Origin: Blastocladiella emersonii ATCC 22665
Taxonomy: Eukaryota; Fungi; Blastocladiomycota
Length of the DNA stretch: 64,000 bases
Direction: 5' to 3'
NCBI GenBank assembly: GCA_025594325.1
Contig: JANHCV010000003.1
Coordinates: 2,356,001 to 2,420,000, forward strand
Shown here one piece after another: positions 1 through 9,733 of this stretch. Made by a program: the position numbers and the translations under genes. The notes under the pieces are model-generated. The model was not told the origin of the DNA and made no database searches. It saw nothing but the letters and a program-made list of their open reading frames with translations. The stretch's first letter is position 1, and each line of letters begins with the position of its first letter.

Positions 1-1145
1 CGACACGAGCGCGCGGATCATGAGCTCCTCGATCTCGTTGAACAGCGTGCGCACCGCGTCGTCGCCGTGCTTCGACGCCAGGTACAGCTTCAGGTTCCGG
101 ATCAGCCACTTGCACCCTTTGCTGCCGTCGTAGTTGGGCGCCGTCTTCTGGATCGCCACGTTCGTCGCGTGGATGTCTGTGTTCGGGCGGCGGGTGAGTG
201 ATGCGCGGTTGGCGAGGGTGCGAGCACGTACACATGTTGGATATGTCCTTGGCGTCCATGCTGAAGGGCGTGTTGGAGAAGCGGCAGAAGGCGTGGCGGT
301 GGATGTAGACGGTGAGCGGGTTCCACGACGTGACGAGGGCGTAGGACCGGATGTCAAACTTCTTGCCTACGCGCACGCGATGGCCGTGAGCGACATATCA
401 AGCCAACGAAGCGCGAAAACGTACCGCCGATGAGGTACGGCCGGTCAATGTAGCGCTGGACGATGTACGCCTCGGGCCCCTCGGCAGGCTCGCCGTTCTC
501 GCCGCGGGCCATGAGCCTTGGGTCCTTGCGCCACCCGTTGACCTGGCTGATCTTGTTGATGAGGAAGATGCCGCGGCCCTGGGCCTTGCCGACGGGCTTC
601 ATGATCCACACGGTACCCGCGTTGCGCTTGAACTCTTCCTGGAACAGGGCGTGTTCTTGCGGCAGGACAAACGACTTGGAGATGAGGTCGTAGCGCGCGG
701 CCACGTCTTTCCCGCCGCCGGTGCGCGCGGGCGCTTTCGCCGTCTCCTTCATCATGCGCTTCATGTTCTTGACCAGCAGGTCCTTGCGCGTCAGCTCGTA
801 GTGGTTCTTGAAGTGGTTGATCCGCTGGTCCTCGCGCAGGTACAGCCCGTCGTAGAACTCGTGCAGCCAGTGGATGTCGCACCAGAAAAAGTCCCACTCG
901 GTCTCGCTACACGCGCGGGTGGTGAGCCGTGTGGCCGCGGAGGTTGTGTGTGTGCAAAGGGTACCTCTCGGTCTCCTTCCACCCGCGGTCCCGCATCACG
1001 TCGCACACCGTGTTGCGCAGCGACGTGCGGAACCGGATCTGCCGCTCCTCGCTAGATGAGGCATGGCGAGTGAGCGCCCGAGAGTCATGCGCTGCTCCGG
1101 CTATAGTTACCCTTGCGTGTTGCTGTCATTGCGTCGCTGTAGCAT
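1..1145 (-). CDS. TTLL9: Tubulin-tyrosine-ligase-like polyglutamylase (TTLL9-like), multi-exon, 3' end runs off the window
   Basis: Spliced model MLQRRNDSNTQG|EERQIRFRTSLRNTVCDVM...WDFFWCD...INHFKNHYELTRKDLLVKN...WIMKPVGKAQGRGIFL...YIVQRYIDRPYLIGG|KKFDIR...HLTNVAIQK; these are TTL-family ATP-grasp motifs; GT-AG introns keep the frame. Confidence 0.85.
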
Positions 1146-1372
1146 CGTTTCATCGGCTGCGTAGACTTGAGGAGGGCGCGGAGAAGCAAAAAGTCGAAAC
1201 GCGTCTCCGGGCAGGCGCGAGACGCGTCGCGCCAAGCTGCGAGGTGCACGCGTGCGCCGCGTGACGGATCCGTCGACGCGTTTTCCACTTCTCCTGATCG
1301 ACCACGCGCGCGCGCCGGTTTCCACGCTCCCTCATCCCACCGCAACTGCCACGAATCAACGCAACCACCACG

Positions 1373-2114
1373 ATGACGGACCAGCTGTCCGGGAGCAAGA
1401 CCAACCTGGCGGCGGGCGGGCCGCGTGGGTCGAACCCGAACCTGAGCAACGCGCCGTCGCGGCCAAAAACCGTGTCCGTGAGCGGGCCACCCGGCGGTGG
1501 CGACGGCGGGCCCGGGCTCGCGGGGCTCGCGGGCGGGATGGCCGGTGCGTCGACCAACGTCGAGAAGGCGGCCGAGGCCGGCCAGCGCGTGTACGAGAAC
1601 ACGTACAAGATGGCGCCTGATCGCAAGTACGATTCTGTCCGCGGGAGGGATAGATGGGGAGAGGCTAACAAAGCGAGGAAGGTTCCCGACCGAGGTCGCG
1701 CGCAAGCTCACGTCCGACATCCTCGAGCGGCGGCTGACCAAGGTCACGTACTCGGCCGAGAAGGCGGCCGATCTGTCCAAGGCCATCTCGGGCGATATCA
1801 TCCAGGGGCTCAAGGGTGCGTTCGCTTCCCTCTTACCCTGATCATCGACCCTCGCCAACACGCAAGTGTAGCGCTCGGACTCGACCGGTACAAGTTCGTC
1901 GCGGACGTGACGATCGGCGAGTTCAAGGGCCAGGGGATCCGCAACGCGAGCCGCGCGCTGTGGGACCCGTCGACCGACTCGTTCACGTCGGCCACCTTCA
2001 AGAACGTACGCGGTTTCACTCTTTCTTCGAGGGTGAGGGCCGAGCTGACCCTCGGACTCGTCGTAGGCGTCGCTGTTCTGCGTGGCCGTCGTGTTCGGCG
2101 TGTACTTCGAGTAA
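1373..2114 (+). CDS. Tctex-1 family dynein light chain (TCTEX1D-like), 4 exons
   Basis: YENTYKMAPD...RYKFVADVTIGEFKGQGIRNASRALWDPSTDSFTSATFKN|ASLFCVAVVFGVYFE* is the Tctex-1 domain pattern; three short introns; stop TAA at 2112-2114. Confidence 0.9.
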
Positions 2115-2250
2115 ACAAGCGAGCGCTGCGCCGAGGCGCGTGCGCCAGCTGTATTGACGACGAGGATGTTGTACCTGATACTCTCATGAACCACCACTTG
2201 ATTCCGATTGGATGTATTTTGCAACCAGGTACATGAGGACAAGGAGCAGG

Positions 2251-3245
2251 TCAGCGGTCGCGGCGCGACGACGACCGGCGCGGGTCCTCGTCCATGCGGT
2301 CGGGCGGGGGCGCGTCGCCGAACCCTGCCGGCGGGGCAGCGGCGGGCGCGGGGTCGCGGTCGCTCCTGCGCTCGCCATCGCGTTCGCGGCGGCGGCTCTC
2401 GCGATCGCGGTCGCTGCGCTCGCCACGGTCGCGGTCGCGGTCGCGGTCGCTCCGGTCCCGCCGGCTGCTCTCGAGGTCACGGTCGCCACGGTCACTACGG
2501 TCGCGGTCGCCTGACCGGTCGCGGCGCGAGGAGGAACGGCCGGCGTCGCGGTCACGGTCGCGCGAGGAGCGGCGGCGGGAGGACGAGCGGCCACTGCCCA
2601 GGCCCTCGAGACCGCCGTGCTCGATGATCATAGCCTTCTGAGCCTCGTGGAGCTCGAGGCGGAGGGCGGGGTCCGGGTGCTTGAGGTGCATGAAGTTGCA
2701 GAACCCGCCGCGGTTGCACTCGCCGGCCTCGTGCTGTCGGCAGCAGGCTTCCCGGAAGTCGGTGACGGGGCACAGCTCGGCGTAGAGCGGCCAGCCGGCG
2801 TAGTAGCGGTTGTTGAGCTTGGCGACCATGGCGAGGGCGTCGCTCTCGTTGCGGTACCGCGCGTACACGTTGCCGACGAGGTGCTCGCCGACGTTGTCGC
2901 ACACGTGCATCTCCTCGAGGGCGCCGCCCAGCGCCAGCTCGCGGTACCAGTCCTCGTAGAACTGGTCAAAGTGGTCCTGCAGCTCCTGCGCCGTCATGAT
3001 CGACGTCGGGTCGTGCGCCGGGTTCTTGTACACGTTGCGGATCAGGATGGTGGGGGAGAAGGTCGGCTTCACGTGCTTGCGCGAGCACCGGTCGCCGTGC
3101 CGGCACGCCCCGATCTTGAAGTAGAAGGAGCAGTTGACCCTGTTGTTGAGAACGGGTTAGTGGGCTTCTCGGGCGGAAGCGAACACGCGGCGACCACGCA
3201 CTTGTCCTTCTCGGTGCCATAGATGCTCGCCAGGTAGTCGGCCAT
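2251..3245 (-). CDS. U2AF1: Splicing factor U2AF small subunit (U2AF35), 2 exons
   Basis: MADYLASIYGTEKDK|VNCSFYFKIGACRHGDRCSRKH (CCCH zinc finger), UHM with VCDNVGEHLVGNVY, second finger CRQHEAGECNRGGFCNFMH, RS/RD-rich tail. Confidence 0.97.
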
Positions 3246-3497
3246 GGTGGGTGCGCGGCGTTGCAGCGGGTGCCGTTCAGGGGCGTGCTCGATACGTTGC
3301 GTTGGGCGCGGTGCTGAGGAGGGGGGAGCGCGGAGAGCGCGCGCGGCCGCAAAGTCGTTCGGGCGACCCGAGAGGCGGTCACGACGCGCCGGTGTGACCG
3401 CGCCGCTCTCTTCCTGGCGTGGGCGTCGCCGTTGCGCTTCGCCACAGGCCTCCCCCTCTCTCCGATCCCCTCAGAGAGCACCCCCCACGTAGCAACC

Positions 3498-4164
3498 ATG
3501 GTAGACCTCATGCACACTCAATGAACCTGTCGCGCACGCGCTGACGCCCGCCCTCGGCTAGGCCAACTCGTCGTCCAAACGCATCGCCGCGGCGAACCGC
3601 ACGTTCCTGGCGACGCTGCTGCGCGTCATGGCCGGCGTCAACACGGTGACCATGGCCGTCCTGTTCCTGTGGTTCCGGTACCCGACGTTCGGCTGGGTGT
3701 GGCTGCCCTACTACGCGTCCATGGGCAGCTCGCTGGTCCTGTACCGCACGCTGTACGGCCTCGGCAACCCCTACACCAACTCGGCGGGTGAAGTCACCGT
3801 CAACGCCGACCTCGGCAGCCAGGGGCTCCACCAGTACATGTTCGACACGTTCTGCGTCGTGCTCGCCGCCCAGGTCCTCTCGTTGTTTACTGGCGTCGCG
3901 TGGTACCTGCTGCTCGTGGTGCGTTTCTCTTGCTCTTGAGGTATCCGACCCGTGTGCTGACCTCGATCCTCGTGGCAGATCCCCGGCTACGCCCTGTACC
4001 GCCTCGTCGGCTTCGTCCGCCCCTTCCTGCCCTCCATCTTTGGCAGCCGCAGCCGCGCCGCTCCCTCCATGGAGCAGTTTGCCGCCGCCGCGGCACCAGC
4101 GGCGCCCGCGGCCAAGTCTGCCGCCAAGCAGCAGCGCCAGCGCCCGCGCGTCGTCCGCGGCTAA
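3498..4164 (+). CDS. TMEM208: SND2/TMEM208 (DUF788) ER membrane protein, 3 exons
   Basis: M|ANSSSKRIAAANR...DLGSQGLHQYMFDTFCV...WYLLLV|IPGYALY...KQQRQR; matches the TMEM208/Snd2 pattern; the first exon is only the ATG. Confidence 0.85.
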
Positions 4165-4249
4165 CCCATCCCCTCACGAGTGGTTCATACAACAGCAAAT
4201 TCTACCACCCAATCTATCTCGCCTCCCACCCTCACCGCTCCAGTCGCTA

Positions 4250-5920
4250 CTACTCCCTGGGCCGCGTCACCACGAGCCGGCCGCGCTTGACGTCCTCGCG
4301 GACACTCCACCGGGGCTTGCTGTTACGCACCTTGTCGATCCACGCGCGGACGCCCGGGTCGCCGCTCTCGCACCCGGCCGCGTACACGAGCATCCAGCTC
4401 GTCCACGTCGTGCCGTTCCCCGAGTGCAGCGCCGCCTCGAGCATCTCGCGGATCTTCTCGGCCGGCGCCGTGTACGCGCACACCTTGATCCGCTTGACGC
4501 GCGCCAGGTGCGCCAGCACGCCCCCGCGCGTCATGGCGATCCACGTGTGCCCGGCGACCTCGAGGTCCGTCGCCTTACACGCCGCCGCGACCGAGGTCGG
4601 GACGGGCGGCCCCGTCGTGCTGGACGTCATGGGCGCCGTGTCCTGCGCGCACACGTACAGCTTGGTCACGCCGCGCGGGATCCCGGCAAACGCCTCGGCG
4701 GCCGTGCGCACCTGGACGGGGGATACGATCGCGACGTGCCGCAGCCGCGCCGCGTCGAGCGCGCCCAGGATCGTGGACGCGGGGGTCCCGCCGGCGACGG
4801 GCGGCGCGAGGACCAGCGACTCGGGCTGCGCGCGGCCGAGGACACGCAGCCACGACGTCGACAGCGGGCTGTGCGCGGCGAACAGGAAGTGCCGCAGCAC
4901 GCGCGGCTCGACGCCCGCCGCGTCGCGCGCGAGATCCTGTTTCGCGGCCGAGCTCGACCGCGACCCCGCTGCGTCCGCGTCGACGGGCGATGTCACGAGG
5001 TGCAGACTGGCCAGGTGCGGGAGGCGGAGCAGGCCGAGCAGCTCCCCCGCCGTCATGAACCCGGGCGTTACCAGGAACACGGACTTGAGCGCCGCGAGCG
5101 CGGGCCACGTCCACATCGCCGCGGGGAGCGGCGGGCACGTTTCGCGCGGCGGCGGGGCGTCCGAGTCCTCGCGCACGATGCGCAGGGACGTCGGCACCAG
5201 CGGCGCCGCGCCGTCGACGATCCCCTTGACGAGCGTCGCGAGCCCCGCCGCGTCCTGGACCACGCGGTACTCGACGTCGACCGCGAACGCGACGGGCACG
5301 CCGTCCGTGCGCCCGGCCGTCGCGATGCGGGCCGCTGCCCGCCCAATCGCGGTGCCCAGCGTCGCCCACAGCTGCACCCCCGTCTGCGCCGCGATCTCGA
5401 GCCCGCGCACGCGCACCCGGACGCGCGCGAGGTCGCGGAACTGCGCCTCGATCCCCTCGACGCGCGAGTACGTGTGCTGCGGCGGGTGCGCCGGGTTCGC
5501 GGGCGAGTCCTGGTCGAGCGGCACCTCGAGCACCACGTTGCGCTCGCGGAAATGGCGCTCCGGCGCGTCGCGCAGGCGGATCCGCAGGGACCCCGGCGCG
5601 CTCCCCGACATGGGGACGCCCGTCAGGACGCGGGTCCGCGTGTCGAGCGCGACGGCGTGCGCGAGCGCGTGTAGGCGCCGGCACACGTGGCCGATGCCAG
5701 AGAGCGGGAGGACTTGTGCGCTGTTGGCGTGGCTGATAAAGTCGGGCGAGGTGATGAGGAACCGGCAGATGAGTTTGAGCGCGCGGTCCGGCAGGTCGAG
5801 GAGGGGCACGGGCGACTGCAGCGTCCGGTCGAGCGTCGCCGACTTGAGGTCCGACGCGCTGCCCGTCGCCGACGTGCTCGCCAACGCGATGCCGTGGTCC
5901 GAGGAAGCGACCGGACACAT
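4250..5920 (-). CDS. F-box-like / degenerate LRR protein, array member F1
   Basis: Intronless ORF of about 556 aa with LLDLPDRALKLICRFL (F-box-like). It shares blocks with neighbouring ORFs (e.g. VLKGIVDGAAPLVPTSL-type block vs VLDGIFTHAPSLVPSSF; LRHVAI vs LRHIEL). Confidence 0.6.
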   Translation of the reverse strand: MCPVASSDHGIALASTSATGSASDLKSATLDRTLQSPVPLLDLPDRALKLICRFLITSPDFISHANSAQVLPLSGIGHVCRRLHALAHAVALDTRTRVLTGVPMSGSAPGSLRIRLRDAPERHFRERNVVLEVPLDQDSPANPAHPPQHTYSRVEGIEAQFRDLARVRVRVRGLEIAAQTGVQLWATLGTAIGRAAARIATAGRTDGVPVAFAVDVEYRVVQDAAGLATLVKGIVDGAAPLVPTSLRIVREDSDAPPPRETCPPLPAAMWTWPALAALKSVFLVTPGFMTAGELLGLLRLPHLASLHLVTSPVDADAAGSRSSSAAKQDLARDAAGVEPRVLRHFLFAAHSPLSTSWLRVLGRAQPESLVLAPPVAGGTPASTILGALDAARLRHVAIVSPVQVRTAAEAFAGIPRGVTKLYVCAQDTAPMTSSTTGPPVPTSVAAACKATDLEVAGHTWIAMTRGGVLAHLARVKRIKVCAYTAPAEKIREMLEAALHSGNGTTWTSWMLVYAAGCESGDPGVRAWIDKVRNSKPRWSVREDVKRGRLVVTRPRE

Positions 5921-6280
5921 GGCAGTGGCGGTGACAAGTAGTGATCTGTATCGGTTGGTGCCGTGGAGCTTCGATTCAGTGCTGAATGTTGGATGGTTGC
6001 ATAGTCGCAGCGTGTGCGAGACGGGGAGGGAGAACAAGGCGGCCGCGGGCACGTCGCGAAAAAGGACTGCGCGGTGGAGGAGACGGCGGGTTGGAGACGC
6101 GCTCTGAAATCACCTGATGTCTCGCACCCGATTTCGCGAGTCGCTACTCTTGGCTGCGCAGGGGCGGAAGAGCACACCGAGCACCGATTACTCACCGGTC
6201 GGGAGACACTCAGGACGCACGGCGGTGGAGAAGCAAAGATATCTAGTATTGAAAGAGCACACCGAGAATGGACAAGAGCT

Positions 6281-7012
6281 TTACATGAGGACGACGCGGG
6301 TGTCGGCGCCGTTGTTGAGCGTGTTGTTGCCGCTGACGGCCTTGGCCATGCCCGACTGCTTGGTCGGCTTGGCGTACAGCTTGGCGTGGTCGCCGCCCGC
6401 CTTCTCGGCCTCGGCCTCGGCCGCGTGGAACTTGTCCGTGTCGCGCACGATGATGACGGGGCAGCTCGCGTTCTGCGCCAGGTACGACGAGACCGACCCG
6501 AGCAGCGTGCGCTTGATGGCGCCGAGCCCGCGCGAGCCCATGACGATCACGTCGGCGCCGACCTCGCCCGCCTTGCGCAGCAGCGCCTCGCGCGCGTCGC
6601 CGCGCATCGCAAACGCCTCGACGGCCGCGGGGACCACGCCGCCATCGGCCGCCGGGTGCATGATCACCTTGGCGTACGACCGGACCAGCTCAAACGCGCG
6701 GTCGCGCGCCGCGTCGTCGGCCGAGTGCACCGACGCCTGCATCTCGGCGCCCATGTCGTTGCTGAAATACGACGGCGTCGGGCGCACCGTGACGAGCACC
6801 ACGCGGTCGGTCGCCGTCAAAAAGTTCTTCTTGGCCCACTGCACCGTGTAGTCGGTGTGCTTGGAGTCGTCGAGCGGCAGCAGCACCGTGCGCTGCGGCG
6901 TCGTGGCCGTGGCCGTGCCCGTCGTCTCGGTCGGGACGGGGCGGTCCTCCTCGGCGATCTGGACCGCGGCCAGGACCGACGTGGTGTGCTCGATGGTGTC
7001 GACAGTGTTCAT
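6281..7012 (-). CDS. Universal stress protein (UspA domain), copy 1
   Basis: RTVLLPLDDSKHTDYTVQWA...GDAREALLRKAGEVGADVIVMGSRGLGAIKRTLLGSVSSYLAQNASCPVIIVR; the G-2x-G-9x-GS ATP-binding USP motif is present. Confidence 0.93.
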   Translation of the reverse strand: MNTVDTIEHTTSVLAAVQIAEEDRPVPTETTGTATATTPQRTVLLPLDDSKHTDYTVQWAKKNFLTATDRVVLVTVRPTPSYFSNDMGAEMQASVHSADDAARDRAFELVRSYAKVIMHPAADGGVVPAAVEAFAMRGDAREALLRKAGEVGADVIVMGSRGLGAIKRTLLGSVSSYLAQNASCPVIIVRDTDKFHAAEAEAEKAGGDHAKLYAKPTKQSGMAKAVSGNNTLNNGADTRVVLM

Positions 7013-7465
7013 GGTTGATGGTTGGGTTGGGTGGTGGTTGCGTTGCAAGAGTGTGCAAGTTGATGGGGATCAGCGAGGAGGAAGGGACGGGGCCGTTGCG
7101 GTCTTTATACTCGTCCTCGGGTCGAACGAGGACCCGGTCGCCCAAGGTTACGCTTCGCTTCGAACGCTGAACGTACGCGCGATTTCGCGACGCGTCGGAT
7201 TCGTGTGTGTGTCACGATCGATGCGCGTTGAGCAAGGCTGCAGCAGCACGCGCGTGCGGGGGCGGCCGGTGGCGGTGGCGTTTTCGACCGATCACCGCGT
7301 CATCCTCAGTCACTCTCCGTCACGCACGCGGCCCGCGTGGTCAGAAAACGTGATTTCAAAACGCGTCTCGCGTGTCTCGCGTTTCTCGCGCGTTGCCACC
7401 ACCTTCGCTCGCTCAAGCTCGCGGATGAGCAAGGAGGAGTCTATTCAAGTCACATTCAAACAACA

Positions 7466-9334
7466 TCACGGCATGCGCTTCGACACGGCCAGGATGTTGA
7501 CATGTTCCCCGCGCGCAAACGACTCGCGATCGACCATTCCCCTGGACGTCCAATCGGGATGCGCTGCGTGAAACTGGTTGGTCCATCGGTTCAAGGCGTA
7601 GTTGGCGCGGACGGCATACTCCCAAGCTCCGCACGCATACCGAAGTTCAAAGCGCGTCAAGTGAACGCCGGATGCACCCTGCTCGATAGTACCAAGGATG
7701 CGGGTGATTCGAGTCAGCTCGGACCGCTTCTCCGAGACACGGATTTGCTGAAGACGCGGGAGCAGCACGATCGAACCGGATTCGCAAATTGCGAGCCAGG
7801 AACTGGCGCCAATGTCCAGCCTGGTGAGATTGCACGGAGTGACGAAGGGAGCATAAGCTTGGGCGTGAAGGTTTTCTGGGGACAATAAGACTTCTTTCCC
7901 CCTGCACTTGAGAGAATCGGCCGAAGGTGGGATGACTGCAAGCACGTCAAACACTCTGATCCTGTGGCTGGACCACTTTAGCTCAATATGCCGAAGCTGG
8001 GAATGACCGATGGTCGCGAGCAGAGTAATGAGCTGCAGCGAACCCCACCCAGTCATATCAAGAACAAGCGTTGCCGGCTGAATCTTTGCAAGGATGGTGA
8101 ACCACTCGCTAGAGAACTCGTCAGCGGTGCTGGTAGACGTCAAAGTCTTGAGCTGAAAGCGGGACAACGCGCGAGTCTTTAGAATTCTGGCAGCAGATTC
8201 AAACGTTTTGCTGGTACTTGCACAAGAGGAGCCGATCGCTACTTCAAGGCAAGAAAGCCGCGGAAGCCCGAGGAAAAAGGCGAGCTCGAGCGCGGTCATG
8301 GAATCGGCCGTGAGTGACATTTGGGAAGTGCGGCGGAAGTTTGGCAAGTCAAGCTGGAGCAACCACGCTTTGAGATATTGCTCACTGAACTGTCCCAGCG
8401 TGTGAGTTTCGAGCGCAAAGGAGCTTGGAACAAGCGATGGCGCGTGCGTGAAGATACCATCGAGCACCAGCTTTCTTGCTAGAGGTGAGATGCCGTTGAG
8501 CACGTGAACGGTCAAAGACGGAGGGGAAAGAATGTGGCCCGCTGCGAGCATTCGGTGCAACGCTCGGCCAAGGGCATTACCAAAACCCTTACTCGATAGA
8601 CCCGGCGAGCGGGCGTCGAGGCGCACAATCAAATGGCGGACCCCACAAGCCACAAAGGGGTCCACCTCCACCAAGCAGATTGAGTCAAAGAAGACCGCTG
8701 CGCCGACGTTGAGGACAAGCGTTCGAGCGCGGAGGGAGCGATCGTTGCCGTGAGTCAAAGCGCGGGTTGCGAAATCGTTTGCGCGAGTGCTGAACGCAAT
8801 AGTCAGAGGGGAGCCGGACGCTGCGTCGCTGCGTGGAGAACCGTAGAGCACAAGGGTGCGGCGCGCATCGAAGACATCACGAGCGAGACGGTAAGCCTGG
8901 CGGCAGGTTCTCGAAAACTCGTACAAATCTTGGGGTATGCGAGTCATTGTGATCTGGTCGGAAAGCTGCGGCGGGACCAAGTATCCGAGGACGGCCAAGA
9001 GGACGTCGTCAATGAGCGAGATGAGATGTAACTGGCCGATAGTTGGGTCATGAGCAAAGTTGGAAACAGTTTCATCGAGATCGAGTGGCGAGAATGACGA
9101 GAGATCCTCGAATGCCATTCCCACACGAGTATTGATCACGCTTGCGCTCCGTTTCATTGCGTAGGTAGATCGCTCGACATGACGATCTTCCGTCAAAGTT
9201 ACAGAGCTGCTGAAAGGTATCGGAGTCGTATCGCTGGCAGCAGCTCGGGCCGAGAAGCGCGAGGTCGCGCGGCGCCAGACGGCCTTGATGGCTGAGCCGA
9301 GCGACTTGCGCTCTTTATCTTTCATCCGCTCCAT
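7466..9334 (-). CDS. F-box-like / degenerate LRR protein, array member F2
   Basis: 622-aa intronless ORF; LISLIDDVLLAVLGYLV F-box-like motif followed by EFSRTCRQAY; collinear with F3 and F4. Confidence 0.65.
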   Translation of the reverse strand: MERMKDKERKSLGSAIKAVWRRATSRFSARAAASDTTPIPFSSSVTLTEDRHVERSTYAMKRSASVINTRVGMAFEDLSSFSPLDLDETVSNFAHDPTIGQLHLISLIDDVLLAVLGYLVPPQLSDQITMTRIPQDLYEFSRTCRQAYRLARDVFDARRTLVLYGSPRSDAASGSPLTIAFSTRANDFATRALTHGNDRSLRARTLVLNVGAAVFFDSICLVEVDPFVACGVRHLIVRLDARSPGLSSKGFGNALGRALHRMLAAGHILSPPSLTVHVLNGISPLARKLVLDGIFTHAPSLVPSSFALETHTLGQFSEQYLKAWLLQLDLPNFRRTSQMSLTADSMTALELAFFLGLPRLSCLEVAIGSSCASTSKTFESAARILKTRALSRFQLKTLTSTSTADEFSSEWFTILAKIQPATLVLDMTGWGSLQLITLLATIGHSQLRHIELKWSSHRIRVFDVLAVIPPSADSLKCRGKEVLLSPENLHAQAYAPFVTPCNLTRLDIGASSWLAICESGSIVLLPRLQQIRVSEKRSELTRITRILGTIEQGASGVHLTRFELRYACGAWEYAVRANYALNRWTNQFHAAHPDWTSRGMVDRESFARGEHVNILAVSKRMP

Positions 9335-9733
9335 TGCATGCAGTTCTATGTTCCATGTCGTCGCTCCGAGTGGGTGGCGGGAGTTTCGACCGCGATCAGG
9401 CCCCGGCTCCCGAGCGACCTCTCACGAAACGCGTCGCGCCGGTCACATGATGTCTCGCGATTCCCGACGCGACGCGTTTTTTGTCTCAGGACGTGGCCCA
9501 CCCTTTACCAAGGAGGAAGAATCAATATTTTTAGAGAGATTGAGGAACCTCGCGCAATGAAGGAAGGGGAGGAAGCGAAAGCCACTCCGGCACCCGCTCG
9601 TGGTCAGAAAACGTGATTTCGGAACGCGTCTCGCTTGTCTCGCGCGTTGAGGTCAGGCCGCCTCCCGCCGGTTTTTCAACTGCACTCGCCTCTTTTCGCC
9701 TCGCATTATGAAATCCAGTGGGGTAAAATCTAT

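Larger units (their letters stand above)
6281..9494. repeat. Left arm of a 3.2-kb inverted segmental duplication
   Basis: Reverse complement of 14042-14218 joined to 22897-25933. Coordinate sums are constant (23536 and 32214) and the ORF translations are identical. Confidence 0.95.

Noticed and set aside
2290-2600. GTCGCG-type short tandem repeats
   Set aside because: They encode the RS/RD tail of U2AF1; not an array or CRISPR.
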